DNA of 63,832 nt, counting the filler. It is 6 parts of 6 records of this genome, joined end to end, with 100 filler letters (N's around TTAATTAATTAA, not from the genome) between each part and the next. Parts side by side here need not be neighbours in the genome. Positions count along the whole stretch, not along the records: positions 25,774 to 57,146 come from SRR31156797_22316; 5 more parts are not named here. One strand, 5' to 3'. Position 1 is the first letter of the stretch. Each line of letters starts with the position of its first letter. Of this stretch, positions 42,645 through 53,511 are shown in pieces. A program made the position numbers and the translations under genes. Below the pieces are notes generated by a model. It had not been told where the DNA came from and searched no databases. It was given only the letters and a program-made list of their open reading frames with translations.

Positions 42645-43172
42645 ATGTTTAGAGGGTTGCTATTAATGCTGGTAAGTCAGGTGAGTTATGCGGCTCATCC
42701 TGATCTTTTGCTGCCATTTCTTGGCTATGATGAAACGTGGCCAACACAGCAATCGATTGAGCAGAATCCGTATTGGTTTGAATGTAACGAAAGTCATGCT
42801 CGTCGATCTTGGTGCAGCGATGAATTTGACTACTATTCGGTGAAAGTGTGGGGCGAGGTAACCGGTGCTAATAATGACGGTGTTATCGGTCTTACCTTAC
42901 ATACCGCATACACGCGTCATATCTGGACGCAACTTCAGCTTAATTTACGCAAAGATGGCTTTGAAATTACTCATGTGCAGATTGGCGATAAATCGTTTTC
43001 AGTGCAAGACGAATTGAACCTAGAAAGCCGCGAACAAGTCGATAAGTCCTTAGTACTATTTCTCAATCAGTCAGCCGCTATTTTCCCGCAGACAATAGAC
43101 TGGCGGTATGGTCAAGCTAGAGCCAAACTTGAATCTGATGGACAGAATGTTTATTTACACTTTTCACATTAG
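42645..43172 (+). CDS. Hypothetical exported protein
   Basis: RBS GGAG then MFRGLLLMLVSQVSYA (signal peptide-like); same frame as the track ORF 42582-43172. Confidence 0.65.
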   Translation: MFRGLLLMLVSQVSYAAHPDLLLPFLGYDETWPTQQSIEQNPYWFECNESHARRSWCSDEFDYYSVKVWGEVTGANNDGVIGLTLHTAYTRHIWTQLQLNLRKDGFEITHVQIGDKSFSVQDELNLESREQVDKSLVLFLNQSAAIFPQTIDWRYGQARAKLESDGQNVYLHFSH

Positions 43173-43311
43173 AGTAATTGTCCAGTATTTATTTCGAACC
43201 CTGTAGAAATTATCACAACTTCAGAATCTAATCATAATAACTAAGGGCTACACGTTGAGGTAGCTAGTAAAGGAGCATAGGATAGATGCCATTCAATATA
43301 GGAGTAACATT

Positions 43312-44220
43312 ATGGTTGAAAAAGTAACCATCGCTCATCGTGGTCCTGACTTTTCAGAGTTGGTTCAAGGATATTGGCGTTTAGGCGAGTGGGGCATGAC
43401 GCCTCAGGAGCGACTCACTTTCCTCAAACAACATGTAGAGCTGGGTATTACTACGGTTGATCATGCTGATATTTATGGAAACTACCAATGTGAATCTTTG
43501 TTTGGTGAGGCATTAGCGCTCGAACCTGCCATTCGCGAGCAGCTACAAATCGTGACTAAATGCGATATTAAGCTATGCGGTGCCCAGAATCCTGAGCAAA
43601 AAATTAATCACTATGACACCAGTTCCGCACACATCTACAAATCAGTGAATAACTCACTAGAACGCTTGGGTGTGAGCGAGATTGACGTTTTATTGATCCA
43701 TCGCTTAGATGTTCTTATGGACGCGGATGAAGTGGCTGAAGCGTTTAATGAACTGCATAAAGTAGGTAAGGTGAAACACTTTGGTGTGTCTAACTTTACA
43801 CCTTCTCAGTTCGACCTGTTGCAGTCTCGCTTGAGTAAGCCTCTTGTGACCAACCAAGTTGAAATTAACCCATTGAATTTTGAAGTTGCTCATGACGGTA
43901 CACTAGATCAAATGCAGTTACTGCGTACTTCACCAATGGCTTGGTCTTGTCTGGGTGGCGGTGAAATTTTTGCTGGTCAATCTGAACAAGCCGTTCGCGT
44001 GCGTAACGTCCTTGAAGAAATTCGTGATGAAATCGGTGCTGAAAGTATTGATCAGGTTATTTACGCTTGGGTTCGCAAGTTGCCTTCTAAGCCATTGCCG
44101 ATTATTGGTTCGGGCAAGATCGAGCGCGTAAAATCAGCCATTGCTGCGCTTGAATTAGAGCTAACCCGCGAACAGTGGTATCGAGTATGGGTAGCTTCAA
44201 AAGGCCACGGTGTGCCATAG
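43312..44220 (+). CDS. Aldo/keto reductase (YdhF-like)
   Basis: GITTVDHADIYG, IVTKC, DVLLIHR, GKVKHFGVSNF, NQVEI, PIIGSGKIER. Confidence 0.93.
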   Translation: MVEKVTIAHRGPDFSELVQGYWRLGEWGMTPQERLTFLKQHVELGITTVDHADIYGNYQCESLFGEALALEPAIREQLQIVTKCDIKLCGAQNPEQKINHYDTSSAHIYKSVNNSLERLGVSEIDVLLIHRLDVLMDADEVAEAFNELHKVGKVKHFGVSNFTPSQFDLLQSRLSKPLVTNQVEINPLNFEVAHDGTLDQMQLLRTSPMAWSCLGGGEIFAGQSEQAVRVRNVLEEIRDEIGAESIDQVIYAWVRKLPSKPLPIIGSGKIERVKSAIAALELELTREQWYRVWVASKGHGVP

Positions 44221-44245
44221 AAAGTAACGACTTGGAACGGTAAAG

Positions 44246-44279
44246 AAAATATAGCCAGCTATTCGCTGGCTATATTTTT
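44246..44279. terminator. Bidirectional terminator
   Basis: AAAATATAGCCAGC-TATTC-GCTGGCTATATTTT. Confidence 0.75.
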
Positions 44280-44319
44280 ATCTGGGAGTTGTTAATCAAA
44301 AGAACGCCTTCTAACCCTA

Positions 44320-45906
44320 TTAGTGTTCCATCTGAGCTGAGAGTTTTAATAGATAATCCTCGGCTGGCAGGGGTTTAAAGTAGTAAAAGCCCTGGATGTA
44401 TTGGATACCCAATTGACGTAATTGTTCTACTTGGTCATGGGTTTCAGCACCCTCTGCAATCACTCTCATTTGTAGTTGCTTAGCCAGTTTCACCATCGAC
44501 TGCAACACAGAATGAATCGCTGAGTTGTCACATAGTCCATTAATGAACACTTGATCAATCTTTATTGTGTGGAATGCATGTTGGTGAATGAAGTTTAATC
44601 CTGAATAACCGGTACCAAAGTCATCCATCGCTATTTTGAAGCCACTGGTTTTGAGTCGGTTAAGGTTACGTCTGACGATGACCAGCTCTTGGGCTGAAAA
44701 GTTATTATCCTCGGTAATCTCTATCAATAGCAGTGGTAAAACTGAGGCGTTCTGCTGTGCATACCGTGTTAGATAATCAATAAATTTATCCTGAATGATC
44801 AAGGTTCGGCTGAGATTGATACTAATATATTGATCTTTAACCAGGTGTGGGTTCAATTGTACAAATTCGGTCACCAACTTAAGGACTTGGCGAGTGATAG
44901 GTTCGATCACTTGCATTTGCTCTGCCAGCGGAATGAACACACTGGGTGAAATGGCACCATGATCTTGATCGTGCCAGCGTATCAAAGCTTCACTGCCAAC
45001 GATTTTTTGATTATGAATGTCAACGATAGGTTGAAAATGCAGTTCCAGTTCTTGGTTGCTAATTGCCTCTTTGAGCGAAAAACCCAGACTATTGCGCGAG
45101 ATTTTATAGTGGCGAATAGCTTGATAAAGAAAAGCAATCAGACAAGCGATAAAGGTAATTTTCCATAAGTGAAGTTCAAAGTGAGCCCAATATGATAGCG
45201 GGGTGATTTGCAGTGAAATAGCTAATGGGTAGCGTAAAGAATAAAACTGCATGATTTTTGCGTTTTCGGGCGGATGGAGTGATTCACTGTTAATTAAATG
45301 ATGGAGAATTTTTACTTCGTAATTGAAGTAATGTTGTTTGAACTGTGACGATATAAGCTGCAAAAATTGTTTTGGTGGAAAAAGAACTTTCGTTCCGCTT
45401 AAGTCCTGATTAGCAAAGTAAATGCTAATGGCCTCGTCATGGCTACTCGATTGAGCAAAAGAAATGGTCGTTTGTTCTTGGTCGTTTCTTATTCTATTTA
45501 GCACGCTATTACTTATTTGAGTATCGACATACCCTTGATTGCTAGAACAGTAGATGGTGCCGTCTGAGTTAAACAGCCCGACTTCTTTCGCTGTTGGAGA
45601 ATGAAAAATATATTGGCGTAGCTGCTGAATACTTGGCTCGTCGCAAAATCCATCGAGATTACGATTGAGTTGTTCTAAATCATTTGCGGTCTGATCTATG
45701 TACTGTTCGAAAGTCGCAATAGCATTGTTGCCATAAGCCTGAGCGTGCACCCTAGTGTCATAAACGTTGTGAATCGCCGCCAATGAGAAAACGACCGCAA
45801 AGATAATAAAAACAGGAATGAGGAGCGTTGAACGACTCCAAAACTGTTGCAGTGTTGAGCGAGAAAAGTGTGGTGTTCGAATGGCATTTTTCATGGTTAA
45901 TTGCAA
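44320..45906 (-). CDS. CSS-motif sensor EAL c-di-GMP phosphodiesterase
   Basis: Periplasmic Cys plus IYCSS motif between TMs; FQPIV, EALIRW, IEITE, DDFGTGYS, IKID, IAEG.E, QG. Confidence 0.9.
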   Translation of the reverse strand: MQLTMKNAIRTPHFSRSTLQQFWSRSTLLIPVFIIFAVVFSLAAIHNVYDTRVHAQAYGNNAIATFEQYIDQTANDLEQLNRNLDGFCDEPSIQQLRQYIFHSPTAKEVGLFNSDGTIYCSSNQGYVDTQISNSVLNRIRNDQEQTTISFAQSSSHDEAISIYFANQDLSGTKVLFPPKQFLQLISSQFKQHYFNYEVKILHHLINSESLHPPENAKIMQFYSLRYPLAISLQITPLSYWAHFELHLWKITFIACLIAFLYQAIRHYKISRNSLGFSLKEAISNQELELHFQPIVDIHNQKIVGSEALIRWHDQDHGAISPSVFIPLAEQMQVIEPITRQVLKLVTEFVQLNPHLVKDQYISINLSRTLIIQDKFIDYLTRYAQQNASVLPLLLIEITEDNNFSAQELVIVRRNLNRLKTSGFKIAMDDFGTGYSGLNFIHQHAFHTIKIDQVFINGLCDNSAIHSVLQSMVKLAKQLQMRVIAEGAETHDQVEQLRQLGIQYIQGFYYFKPLPAEDYLLKLSAQMEH

Positions 45907-46051
45907 ATGCTAATTAGTTGTTACTACTGATTTGCTTATCACTATATGGGATATACAGTAAGAAGTAACGGCAGGTTTGTCTTATTTGTGCGACAATCAA
46001 TGAGTGAGCGAATCTGATATGTGGTGGTTCGATTAACTCTTTCTTTATACG

Positions 46052-46079
46052 AAAAAAAACATGGGCCGAAGCCCATGTT
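46052..46079 (-). terminator. Terminator after the Dcu gene
   Basis: Minus strand AACATGGGC-TTCG-GCCCATG followed by a T run. Confidence 0.8.
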
Positions 46080-46105
46080 AAAATATGGTCAAATTATAGT
46101 CACCT

Positions 46106-47434
46106 TTAACCGATAAAGATTGAACTCAACAAGTAGCCAACACAGGAAGCACTGATCACACCGACTAAACCCACAGCCATGAATGAGTGGTTAAAGTACC
46201 ATTTACCGATTTTGGTGGTACCCGTGGTATCAAAGTTCACTGTTGCGATATCCGATGGGTAGTTAGGGATAAAGAAGTAACCATACAACGCAGGCATTAA
46301 GCCGATAAGTAGTGCTGGTTCCAACCCAAGCCCCAAACCAACTGGCAACATCATCCGTGCTACAGCGGCTTGTGAGTTAACCACTACTGAAACGATGAAC
46401 AGAGCCAGTGCGAAGGTCCAAGGGTAATCGGTAACCATTTCAACGATGCCAGATTTGAACTGAGGCATTGCATATTGGAAGTAAGTATCAGACATCCATG
46501 CGATACCAAAAATCGCGATAGCAGCCACCATACCGGATTTAAACACGACCCCATCAGGCACACTACGAGGGTCGGTTTTGGTTGCCAGCAAGATAATACC
46601 GCCGAAGCAGAGCATCATCATTTGAATCACTACAGCCATACTGATCGGCTTACTACCTTCAACAATTGTTCTGACTTCTGGAACCATGGCGATAAAGACG
46701 ATGGTTAAGATAGACAGAATAAACAGAAGCACCGAGTTGCGAGCGGCTGAAGGTAGTACTTCATCCAAGGTTGTTGCTGTCGTATTAAGAATTTTATCTC
46801 GCCAAACTGGATCTTTTAAACGCTCTTGATATTCAGGATCATCTTCCAGCTCTTTACCACGTTTCAAGCTATACAGAGACATCAGTAAAGTGCCGAAAAG
46901 GGTAGCAGGGACAGTAACCATCAAAATAGAGACCAAAGTGATACTGTGGTTTAAATTTGATAGCTGAGCCAAGTAGTAAACGACGGCGGCTGAAATTGGT
47001 GATGCCGTAATCGCAATCTGTGACGCGACTGAAGCTGCGGCCATTGGACGTTCAGGGCGAATACCATTCTTCAATGCCACATCGCCGATGATGGGCATAA
47101 TGGAGTAAACCGCATGACCAGTACCCAGCATAAAGGTCATGGTATACGTGACAAACGGAGCAATGAGCGTTACACGCTTAGGATTTTTACGCAGCAAACG
47201 CTCCGCTACCTGCAGCATGAATTTTAGGCCACCTGCGGCTTCAAGAATTGACGCACAAGTCACCACTGCAAGGATGATCAGCATAACGGTGATCGGTGGT
47301 GAAGTTGGTGGCATTTTGAAGATGAAAACTTCGATCACCAAACCAATACCAGAAACAACCCCTAGACCAATACCGCCATAGCGGGAACCGATGTATAACA
47401 TCAGCAAAAGGAATAAAAATTCCACATATAACAT
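46106..47434 (-). CDS. Anaerobic C4-dicarboxylate transporter (DcuA/DcuB family)
   Basis: GSRYGGIGLG, GTGHAVYS, IRPERPMA, ASPISAA, PNYPSD, TGTTKIGK..FNHSF. Confidence 0.92.
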   Translation of the reverse strand: MLYVEFLFLLLMLYIGSRYGGIGLGVVSGIGLVIEVFIFKMPPTSPPITVMLIILAVVTCASILEAAGGLKFMLQVAERLLRKNPKRVTLIAPFVTYTMTFMLGTGHAVYSIMPIIGDVALKNGIRPERPMAAASVASQIAITASPISAAVVYYLAQLSNLNHSITLVSILMVTVPATLFGTLLMSLYSLKRGKELEDDPEYQERLKDPVWRDKILNTTATTLDEVLPSAARNSVLLFILSILTIVFIAMVPEVRTIVEGSKPISMAVVIQMMMLCFGGIILLATKTDPRSVPDGVVFKSGMVAAIAIFGIAWMSDTYFQYAMPQFKSGIVEMVTDYPWTFALALFIVSVVVNSQAAVARMMLPVGLGLGLEPALLIGLMPALYGYFFIPNYPSDIATVNFDTTGTTKIGKWYFNHSFMAVGLVGVISASCVGYLLSSIFIG

Positions 47435-47685
47435 ATCGGTGCTCTCTCTAAAAAATTTAACGATTAGTTACATTGTGTAATGCTTTGCAACGGAAGTATG
47501 AAGCGTTGTTCACATAATTGTTGGTTAACGGATTGAATTAATTCGAATAAGAAGCGGAGCACAGAATTGCGGGTAAAAGTAAGAAGTAGATAGAAAACGT
47601 GTAATCGAACTGTGCGCTGGTGGTTGAATAAATGTGAAAAAGCCAAGCGGAATGCTTGGCTTCATTGGTCTGAGTGCGAGATCAA

Positions 47686-48516
47686 TCAGTCATAAATGGT
47701 TGGGATAGCTTCACGCTTATGCTGAGTCGCTTTATAAATACCCACCAGACGTTCAACCACTTCTTTTGAAACTGGCTTACCTTCCAAGAAGTCATCGATT
47801 TGATCGTAAGACAGATTGAGTGCATCTTCGTCTGCTTTTTGTGGTGCCAGTTCTTCAAGATCTGCGGTTGGTGTCTTATGAACCAGTAGATCTGGAGCGC
47901 CAAGTGTTGCTGCTAATTGACGAACCTGACGCTTGCTTAGACCAAACAGTGGTGCGAGGTCACAAGCACCATCACCAAACTTAGTGTAAAAGCCGGTGAT
48001 GTTTTCTGCTGAGTGGTCAGTACCGATAACGAGGCCACCGACATATCCAGCGATTTCATATTGAGCAACCATACGAGCACGAGCTTTCACGTTGCCTTTC
48101 ACAAAATCTAATTTATCCGCGTTCTCTGGTAGCAGACCTGTATGGGCCAATGCTTCATGGGAAGCAGCATGCAAACCATCCACGCCCGCTTTAATGTTGA
48201 CAGAAACCGAATGTGTTGGCTTGATGAAAGACAACGCAAGTTGAGCTTCATCTTCGTCTTTTTGCGAACCGTAAGGCAGGCGAACAGCGATAAATTGGTA
48301 TTCAGAAGTATTGTGTTCGGTATTCAATGCTTCTACAGCGAGCTGCGCTAAGCGACCAGTTGTGGTCGAATCAATACCACCGCTGATACCAAGTACCAAA
48401 GACTTGCAGCCAGACTCAAGCAGTTTACATTTTAGAAAGGCGATGCGACGTTCGATTTCAAACTCAGGATCGATGCTAGGGAGTACACGCATCTCATCAC
48501 GAATCATTTGTTCCAT
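47686..48516 (-). CDS. nadE: NH3-dependent NAD+ synthetase
   Basis: [48 protein letters not shown]. Confidence 0.95.
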   Translation of the reverse strand: MEQMIRDEMRVLPSIDPEFEIERRIAFLKCKLLESGCKSLVLGISGGIDSTTTGRLAQLAVEALNTEHNTSEYQFIAVRLPYGSQKDEDEAQLALSFIKPTHSVSVNIKAGVDGLHAASHEALAHTGLLPENADKLDFVKGNVKARARMVAQYEIAGYVGGLVIGTDHSAENITGFYTKFGDGACDLAPLFGLSKRQVRQLAATLGAPDLLVHKTPTADLEELAPQKADEDALNLSYDQIDDFLEGKPVSKEVVERLVGIYKATQHKREAIPTIYD

Positions 48517-48620
48517 TGGGTTTCCTTTTCCTGCATTTTAAAGTCACTTAGGTATAATCATACCTCAAACCATACAATAGAAAACCGAGAATAGAGATTT
48601 CATTCTTAAAAGAGGTAAAG

Positions 48621-49133
48621 ATGGAAAAAATTGCTGTTTTTGGCAGTGCTTTTAATCCACCGAGTCTAGGGCACAAAAGTGTTATTGATTCATTGAATCA
48701 TTTTGATCGAATTCTGCTGGTTCCGAGCATTTCACATGCTTGGGGTAAAGAAATGCTGGATTTTGATATCCGTTGCCAGCTTATTGAAGCATTCATTGCA
48801 GACATCGGCTCCAATAAGGTGACACTTTCTAAGTTGGAACAAGATCTTGTTGTGCCAGATAAGAGTGTCACCACTTATGAAGTACTCACAAAAGTTGAGC
48901 AAATATTCCCATCGGCGGATATCACCTTTGTTATCGGCCCGGACAACTTGCTCAATTTCGACAAGTTCTACAAATCTTCAGAAATCTTGCAGCGTTGGTC
49001 GATCATGGTTTGTCCGGAAAGAATACCGGTTCGTAGTACTGAGATCAGACAACGATTGTCAGAGAACGCTGAAATAAGTGATTTAACGACCCCAAGCGTA
49101 GAAGGGTTATTGAAGCAACTCAACGTCTATTAG
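48621..49133 (+). CDS. nadD: Nicotinate/nicotinamide mononucleotide adenylyltransferase
   Basis: AVFGSAFNPPSLGH, FVIGPDN, VRSTEIR; divergent from nadE. Confidence 0.8.
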   Translation: MEKIAVFGSAFNPPSLGHKSVIDSLNHFDRILLVPSISHAWGKEMLDFDIRCQLIEAFIADIGSNKVTLSKLEQDLVVPDKSVTTYEVLTKVEQIFPSADITFVIGPDNLLNFDKFYKSSEILQRWSIMVCPERIPVRSTEIRQRLSENAEISDLTTPSVEGLLKQLNVY

Positions 49134-49169
49134 AAAATCAGCGCTTCGAGAGGTCGGAGCTGCTGTTTA

Positions 49170-49661
49170 ATGAAATCTTTTGCTGCATGTGCATTGCTGC
49201 TATTGGTTTCAAATTTGGCTCAAGCTTGTGAAGCCTTTATTTTTAAAGATGCCACGCATAAGCCATTTGAAACTGTAGAGCTATCAGACAGTCGCGTATT
49301 GTGTATCTCGTTTATTAACGGAATCGAGTACGCTTCTAAAAAACTCTTCGAATTAGATTTTATTAAAGATAATGAAAACATTAGTGAATATTGGGCGCAG
49401 TGGGGACTTAAATCGGTAGATGATCCCTTCTTTACCCATAAAATTGCCAAAAATTACATCGGTATTGGTGTCTGGATGCCTTCTGAGTTGTTAGAAGAAC
49501 AAGCCAAGATGTCGACTGAAGAGTGGTTAAAAAGCCATGGTTTGTTACTCAGTGTTGGGTTTGGTAACAAGCAAAAAGGCGAGCCACGTATGCGAATGGA
49601 TTACCGTTGGCACGATGACTATGATGTCGACCTAATGATGCACATAGAGGTGCCATTTTAA
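49170..49661 (+). CDS. Hypothetical exported protein
   Basis: Signal-peptide-like start; alternating-residue C-terminus ending in Phe; terminator at 49678-49708. Confidence 0.65.
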   Translation: MKSFAACALLLLVSNLAQACEAFIFKDATHKPFETVELSDSRVLCISFINGIEYASKKLFELDFIKDNENISEYWAQWGLKSVDDPFFTHKIAKNYIGIGVWMPSELLEEQAKMSTEEWLKSHGLLLSVGFGNKQKGEPRMRMDYRWHDDYDVDLMMHIEVPF

Positions 49662-49757
49662 TTTGAAGTCCATAATTGAAAAGAGTCACTCTAGAGTGAC
49701 TCTTTTTGTATCTGCTTTATGTTGGTTGAGTGGCTACTTTGAACAAAGCTCGATGGG

Positions 49758-51755
49758 CTACACGAGCTTAAATTCATTAAGTTGCTGTTTCACGGCATCC
49801 ACTTCTTGGTGATAACTCTGTACGATATTGTTCAGTTTAGTGGCTAGCTCGCCAGTATTTTGCGCGATCTCCGCTAAAACATCGACGTCACGATCCACCG
49901 CTTCACTGGCTTTAGATTGTTCAATGGTGGAGTTCGCAATGCTGGTAATGTGTGTATTGACTTGTTCAATCACGGCTTCTAACTCTGAGACACTGCCATT
50001 TACTGTCGAAACAGATTCAAAAGTGGTATGCGTTGCTTGGCGACTTTTCTCCATAAAGTTAACGGCGGTGGTTGTGTTGGACGACATGTTACTCAGGAGC
50101 TGAGTAATATGCTCTGTGGCTTCTTTACTCCTCTGAGCAAGATCTCGCACTTCAGAAGATACCACAGCAAAACCTCGGCCATGTTCACCGGCACGTGCAG
50201 CTTCTATTGCGGCATTAAGCGCAAGTAGGTTGGTTTGCTCTGAAATACCGCTGATGGTGTCAACAATCTTACTGACACTGACAGAGTCTTTTTCTAGATT
50301 TTGCATGCAAACCTGAGTTTGTTCAATCTGCTCGACCAGTGCTTCTACGGCTGAAAAGGCAGATTGACTTTGACCCTGACAAGCCAAGACTTGAGACGTC
50401 ATGGTATTGGTTTCGTCTAAAGCCCGCTCTGATGATTGAGCGATTTCAATACTGGATTGCGATAACTCTGTCATGGCCGCAGCTATGTTGTCACATTTTG
50501 CAGTGGTGGATTGACTGCTACTACTTAAGTCCTTTGCACTTTGAATGATCTGTTTGAGCCTTTCAGAACTGTGGTCATTGGCATTGGTTACGCCGGACAA
50601 CAAGTTGCGAATGTTGTGGGTTAAGCCATTCACACTGTCAGAAATTTGCGAGACTTCATCGCGACCTTCGACATCAAGAGCCAGCCTTAAGTCGCGTTGC
50701 TGAGACATGGTTGATAATTGTCTGGTTAAATGACCAACACGAGAACGCAGATTCACGACGGACAAGTAGAGTAAATAGATCAAAACAGCGCCAATCATTA
50801 AGCTAATGACCGAGATGATCTTTTCATTGGTCAATGCACTGTTTGACTGCTGTTCTGAAATAGCGGTCATCTGTTGCTGAATAGCATTACGTAATTGGTT
50901 AAGTAACTTAATACGTTCGGTTGCCGCGCCAAACCACTCTGTTGGTTTTGGACCTATAAGGTTATCCAGTGTATCGGCTTGAGCCAAATAGGCCTGTTGC
51001 ACTTGCTCTACATTTTTCCAAATAGCAGAGTTTTTAGATTCATTTAACTGATTGATAAACTGAGAAGGCATGGTGATTAAAGCACTTCGCTCGGCATAGT
51101 TACCTGAGGAAATATAATCTTTAATTGAGGTGTACTGTGCTGAATTTGACGCTTTGCGGGCAAATGCGCCGTTTAACGCGCCTCGAACCTGACCCGCTCG
51201 CTCTTTCATCACCACAACAGAGATCAGTGAACTGCCTAATTCAGCAACATTTCCATCTTCTATGGTTGCGAGTAAAACGCGGGCGTTATCAATCGATAGT
51301 TGATTTAAGTTCGAATAGTAGCCGAAGGGAGAAAGGGTAGGTTGAAGAGAGTCGACTTGTCTGCGAACTTCCATTAATGATTGCAGCTGATTTTTAACGT
51401 CATCTTTAATTTTGTTGCTTAAAGAGACGGAGAGGTACGAAGGTTTAAAATTCAGCAGGGCTTGTACATGGCTGTCGGATTGCACTCGCTGTTTCTTGAG
51501 GGCCTCAACTTGGGCACCTTGACCTTTTGAACCAAGAACACCAGCGGTGAGTCCACGCTCAAGCGCTAAATTATGCGCGAGATTATCATACAGAAGAATG
51601 AGCTGTACCGTTTCCTGATCATGTTCGGCAATCGAAACTTTTTTGCTGAGTTCGTAAACATTCAAAATCGCCAATCCAAGGGCAATAACAATCGGGATAC
51701 CAGCAATGATCGTCACCACCAGATACAGTGGGAAGAGATTGAGTACTTTTTTCAT
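49758..51755 (-). CDS. Methyl-accepting chemotaxis protein with NIT-like sensor domain
   Basis: Two TMs; [10 protein letters not shown] and [12 protein letters not shown]-type motifs; [31 protein letters not shown]. Confidence 0.92.
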   Translation of the reverse strand: MKKVLNLFPLYLVVTIIAGIPIVIALGLAILNVYELSKKVSIAEHDQETVQLILLYDNLAHNLALERGLTAGVLGSKGQGAQVEALKKQRVQSDSHVQALLNFKPSYLSVSLSNKIKDDVKNQLQSLMEVRRQVDSLQPTLSPFGYYSNLNQLSIDNARVLLATIEDGNVAELGSSLISVVVMKERAGQVRGALNGAFARKASNSAQYTSIKDYISSGNYAERSALITMPSQFINQLNESKNSAIWKNVEQVQQAYLAQADTLDNLIGPKPTEWFGAATERIKLLNQLRNAIQQQMTAISEQQSNSALTNEKIISVISLMIGAVLIYLLYLSVVNLRSRVGHLTRQLSTMSQQRDLRLALDVEGRDEVSQISDSVNGLTHNIRNLLSGVTNANDHSSERLKQIIQSAKDLSSSSQSTTAKCDNIAAAMTELSQSSIEIAQSSERALDETNTMTSQVLACQGQSQSAFSAVEALVEQIEQTQVCMQNLEKDSVSVSKIVDTISGISEQTNLLALNAAIEAARAGEHGRGFAVVSSEVRDLAQRSKEATEHITQLLSNMSSNTTTAVNFMEKSRQATHTTFESVSTVNGSVSELEAVIEQVNTHITSIANSTIEQSKASEAVDRDVDVLAEIAQNTGELATKLNNIVQSYHQEVDAVKQQLNEFKLV

Positions 51756-51972
51756 TGTTCCACCTGACGTTTATTATTTAGCACCTTAAGTTAGTTATTC
51801 TAGGTGACAATTCTTTTTTTTGTGCTTATAAAAAAACATTATAAGTGGAGTTAGGTAACAAAATCAGAATTTTGCTGAACAGGGTACAGTAAAAAAAATG
51901 GTTAACTATCGTTGAATAGATGCGGAATATGCTAGGATAAAATCGCTTATATAATCACCATAAGAGGCAGTA

Positions 51973-53511
51973 ATGGATTTGTTTGCTGATATGCGCAACG
52001 ACTCACCAACGGTGAGTGAAGAGTCTCAACGGTTTGTTGAATCTTGGAAGGTTCTTTTGGTTGATGATGACCAAGAAATGCATAAGGTTACTCAACTTGC
52101 ACTAAGCGGCTTTCGCTTTCAAAATCGTCCATTGGAACTGATATCAGCGGCAACTGGCAACGAAGCTCGAACCATCATGGAACAAAACAGCGATATCGCG
52201 CTGGCATTGATTGATGTTGTGATGGAAAGTGAACATGCTGGGCTTGATCTTGTTCGGTATATTCGTGAGCAGCTCAATAACAGAATGACTCGGCTCGTTC
52301 TAAGAACAGGTCAAGCGGGGCAAGCGCCTGAAGACCAGGTGATTCAAGAATATGATATTGATGACTACAAAGAAAAGACCGAGCTAACAACGCAAAAGCT
52401 TCGTACTTTGTTGTACTCGATGCTGCGCTCTTATCGAGATCTTTGTTTGATTGAAGAACAAAAGCAAGGGCTTAGTCGAGTCATTGAAGCATCGGCCAAA
52501 GTGCAGAATGCCACCACTTTAAAAGCTTACGCATCCTCAGTGTTAAGCCAAATGACCTCTTTACTTAAACTCAATGCCTCTGCTTTTTACTGCATTGTAA
52601 AGCCGCGTGCAGAGGGAGAAGAGTTTCGTCCTTACACCTTAGCCGCTACTGGCGAGTACGTGGACTGTTACCACGATTGTACTTTTAAGCTGCTGCCGGA
52701 AGAGGTGGTGAGTCGATGTATGAAGGTACTGGAAACTCAACAGTCAGAAGATTTTGGTAAAGCTTACGTTTGCTATCTGCACGATGAACGCGGCGTTGAC
52801 AATATTCTCTACGTGAACTTGATTGAAGAGTTAACCGAGTTAGATAAGCAGCTATTGCAGATCTATATGTACAACATTGGATTGACGCTTGAAAAGATCA
52901 ATTTGATGGAAGACCTCAAAGAGACTTCTAAAGAGCTTGTTTATAACCTTGCTAATGCGGTGGAAGCACGCAGTAAGGAAACTGGCGCGCACGTGCAAAG
53001 GGTTTCGCTGTTTAGTGAGAAACTCGCCAACCTTTATGGATTGCCGGAAACCGAGGCGGTGATGATTCGCAATGCATCACCGTTGCACGATGTCGGTAAA
53101 GTCGCCATTCCCGATAGTATTTTGCATAAACCGGGTAAACTCGATGCAGAAGAGTGGGCAATTATGCAGAAGCACGTTGAGTATGGTGTTGAAATTCTGA
53201 GCAAATCAAAACGTCAGCTGATCGTTCTTGCTAAAGAGATTGCGGCTACTCACCACGAAAAGTGGAATGGGCAGGGCTACCCCAACCAGCTTAAAGGAGA
53301 AGATATTCCAATCAGTGGCAGGATCACTGCGTTAGCGGATGTTTTCGATGCTTTGGGAGCAAAACGCGTTTACAAAGAAGCCTGGAGCGATGAAGCCATC
53401 AAACAAGAGCTGTTGACACAAAGTGGTCAACATTTTGAGCCAAAACTTGTTGAACTGCTCATTCAGCATTGGGATGAATTCACTGCAATTCGAGCTGCTT
53501 GGCCTGATTAA
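51973..53511 (+). CDS. Response regulator with HD-GYP c-di-GMP phosphodiesterase domain
   Basis: VLLVDDD, LIDVVME, LRTGQ; ETGAHVQR, LHDVGK, HHEKWNGQGYP, ADVFDAL. Confidence 0.93.
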   Translation: MDLFADMRNDSPTVSEESQRFVESWKVLLVDDDQEMHKVTQLALSGFRFQNRPLELISAATGNEARTIMEQNSDIALALIDVVMESEHAGLDLVRYIREQLNNRMTRLVLRTGQAGQAPEDQVIQEYDIDDYKEKTELTTQKLRTLLYSMLRSYRDLCLIEEQKQGLSRVIEASAKVQNATTLKAYASSVLSQMTSLLKLNASAFYCIVKPRAEGEEFRPYTLAATGEYVDCYHDCTFKLLPEEVVSRCMKVLETQQSEDFGKAYVCYLHDERGVDNILYVNLIEELTELDKQLLQIYMYNIGLTLEKINLMEDLKETSKELVYNLANAVEARSKETGAHVQRVSLFSEKLANLYGLPETEAVMIRNASPLHDVGKVAIPDSILHKPGKLDAEEWAIMQKHVEYGVEILSKSKRQLIVLAKEIAATHHEKWNGQGYPNQLKGEDIPISGRITALADVFDALGAKRVYKEAWSDEAIKQELLTQSGQHFEPKLVELLIQHWDEFTAIRAAWPD

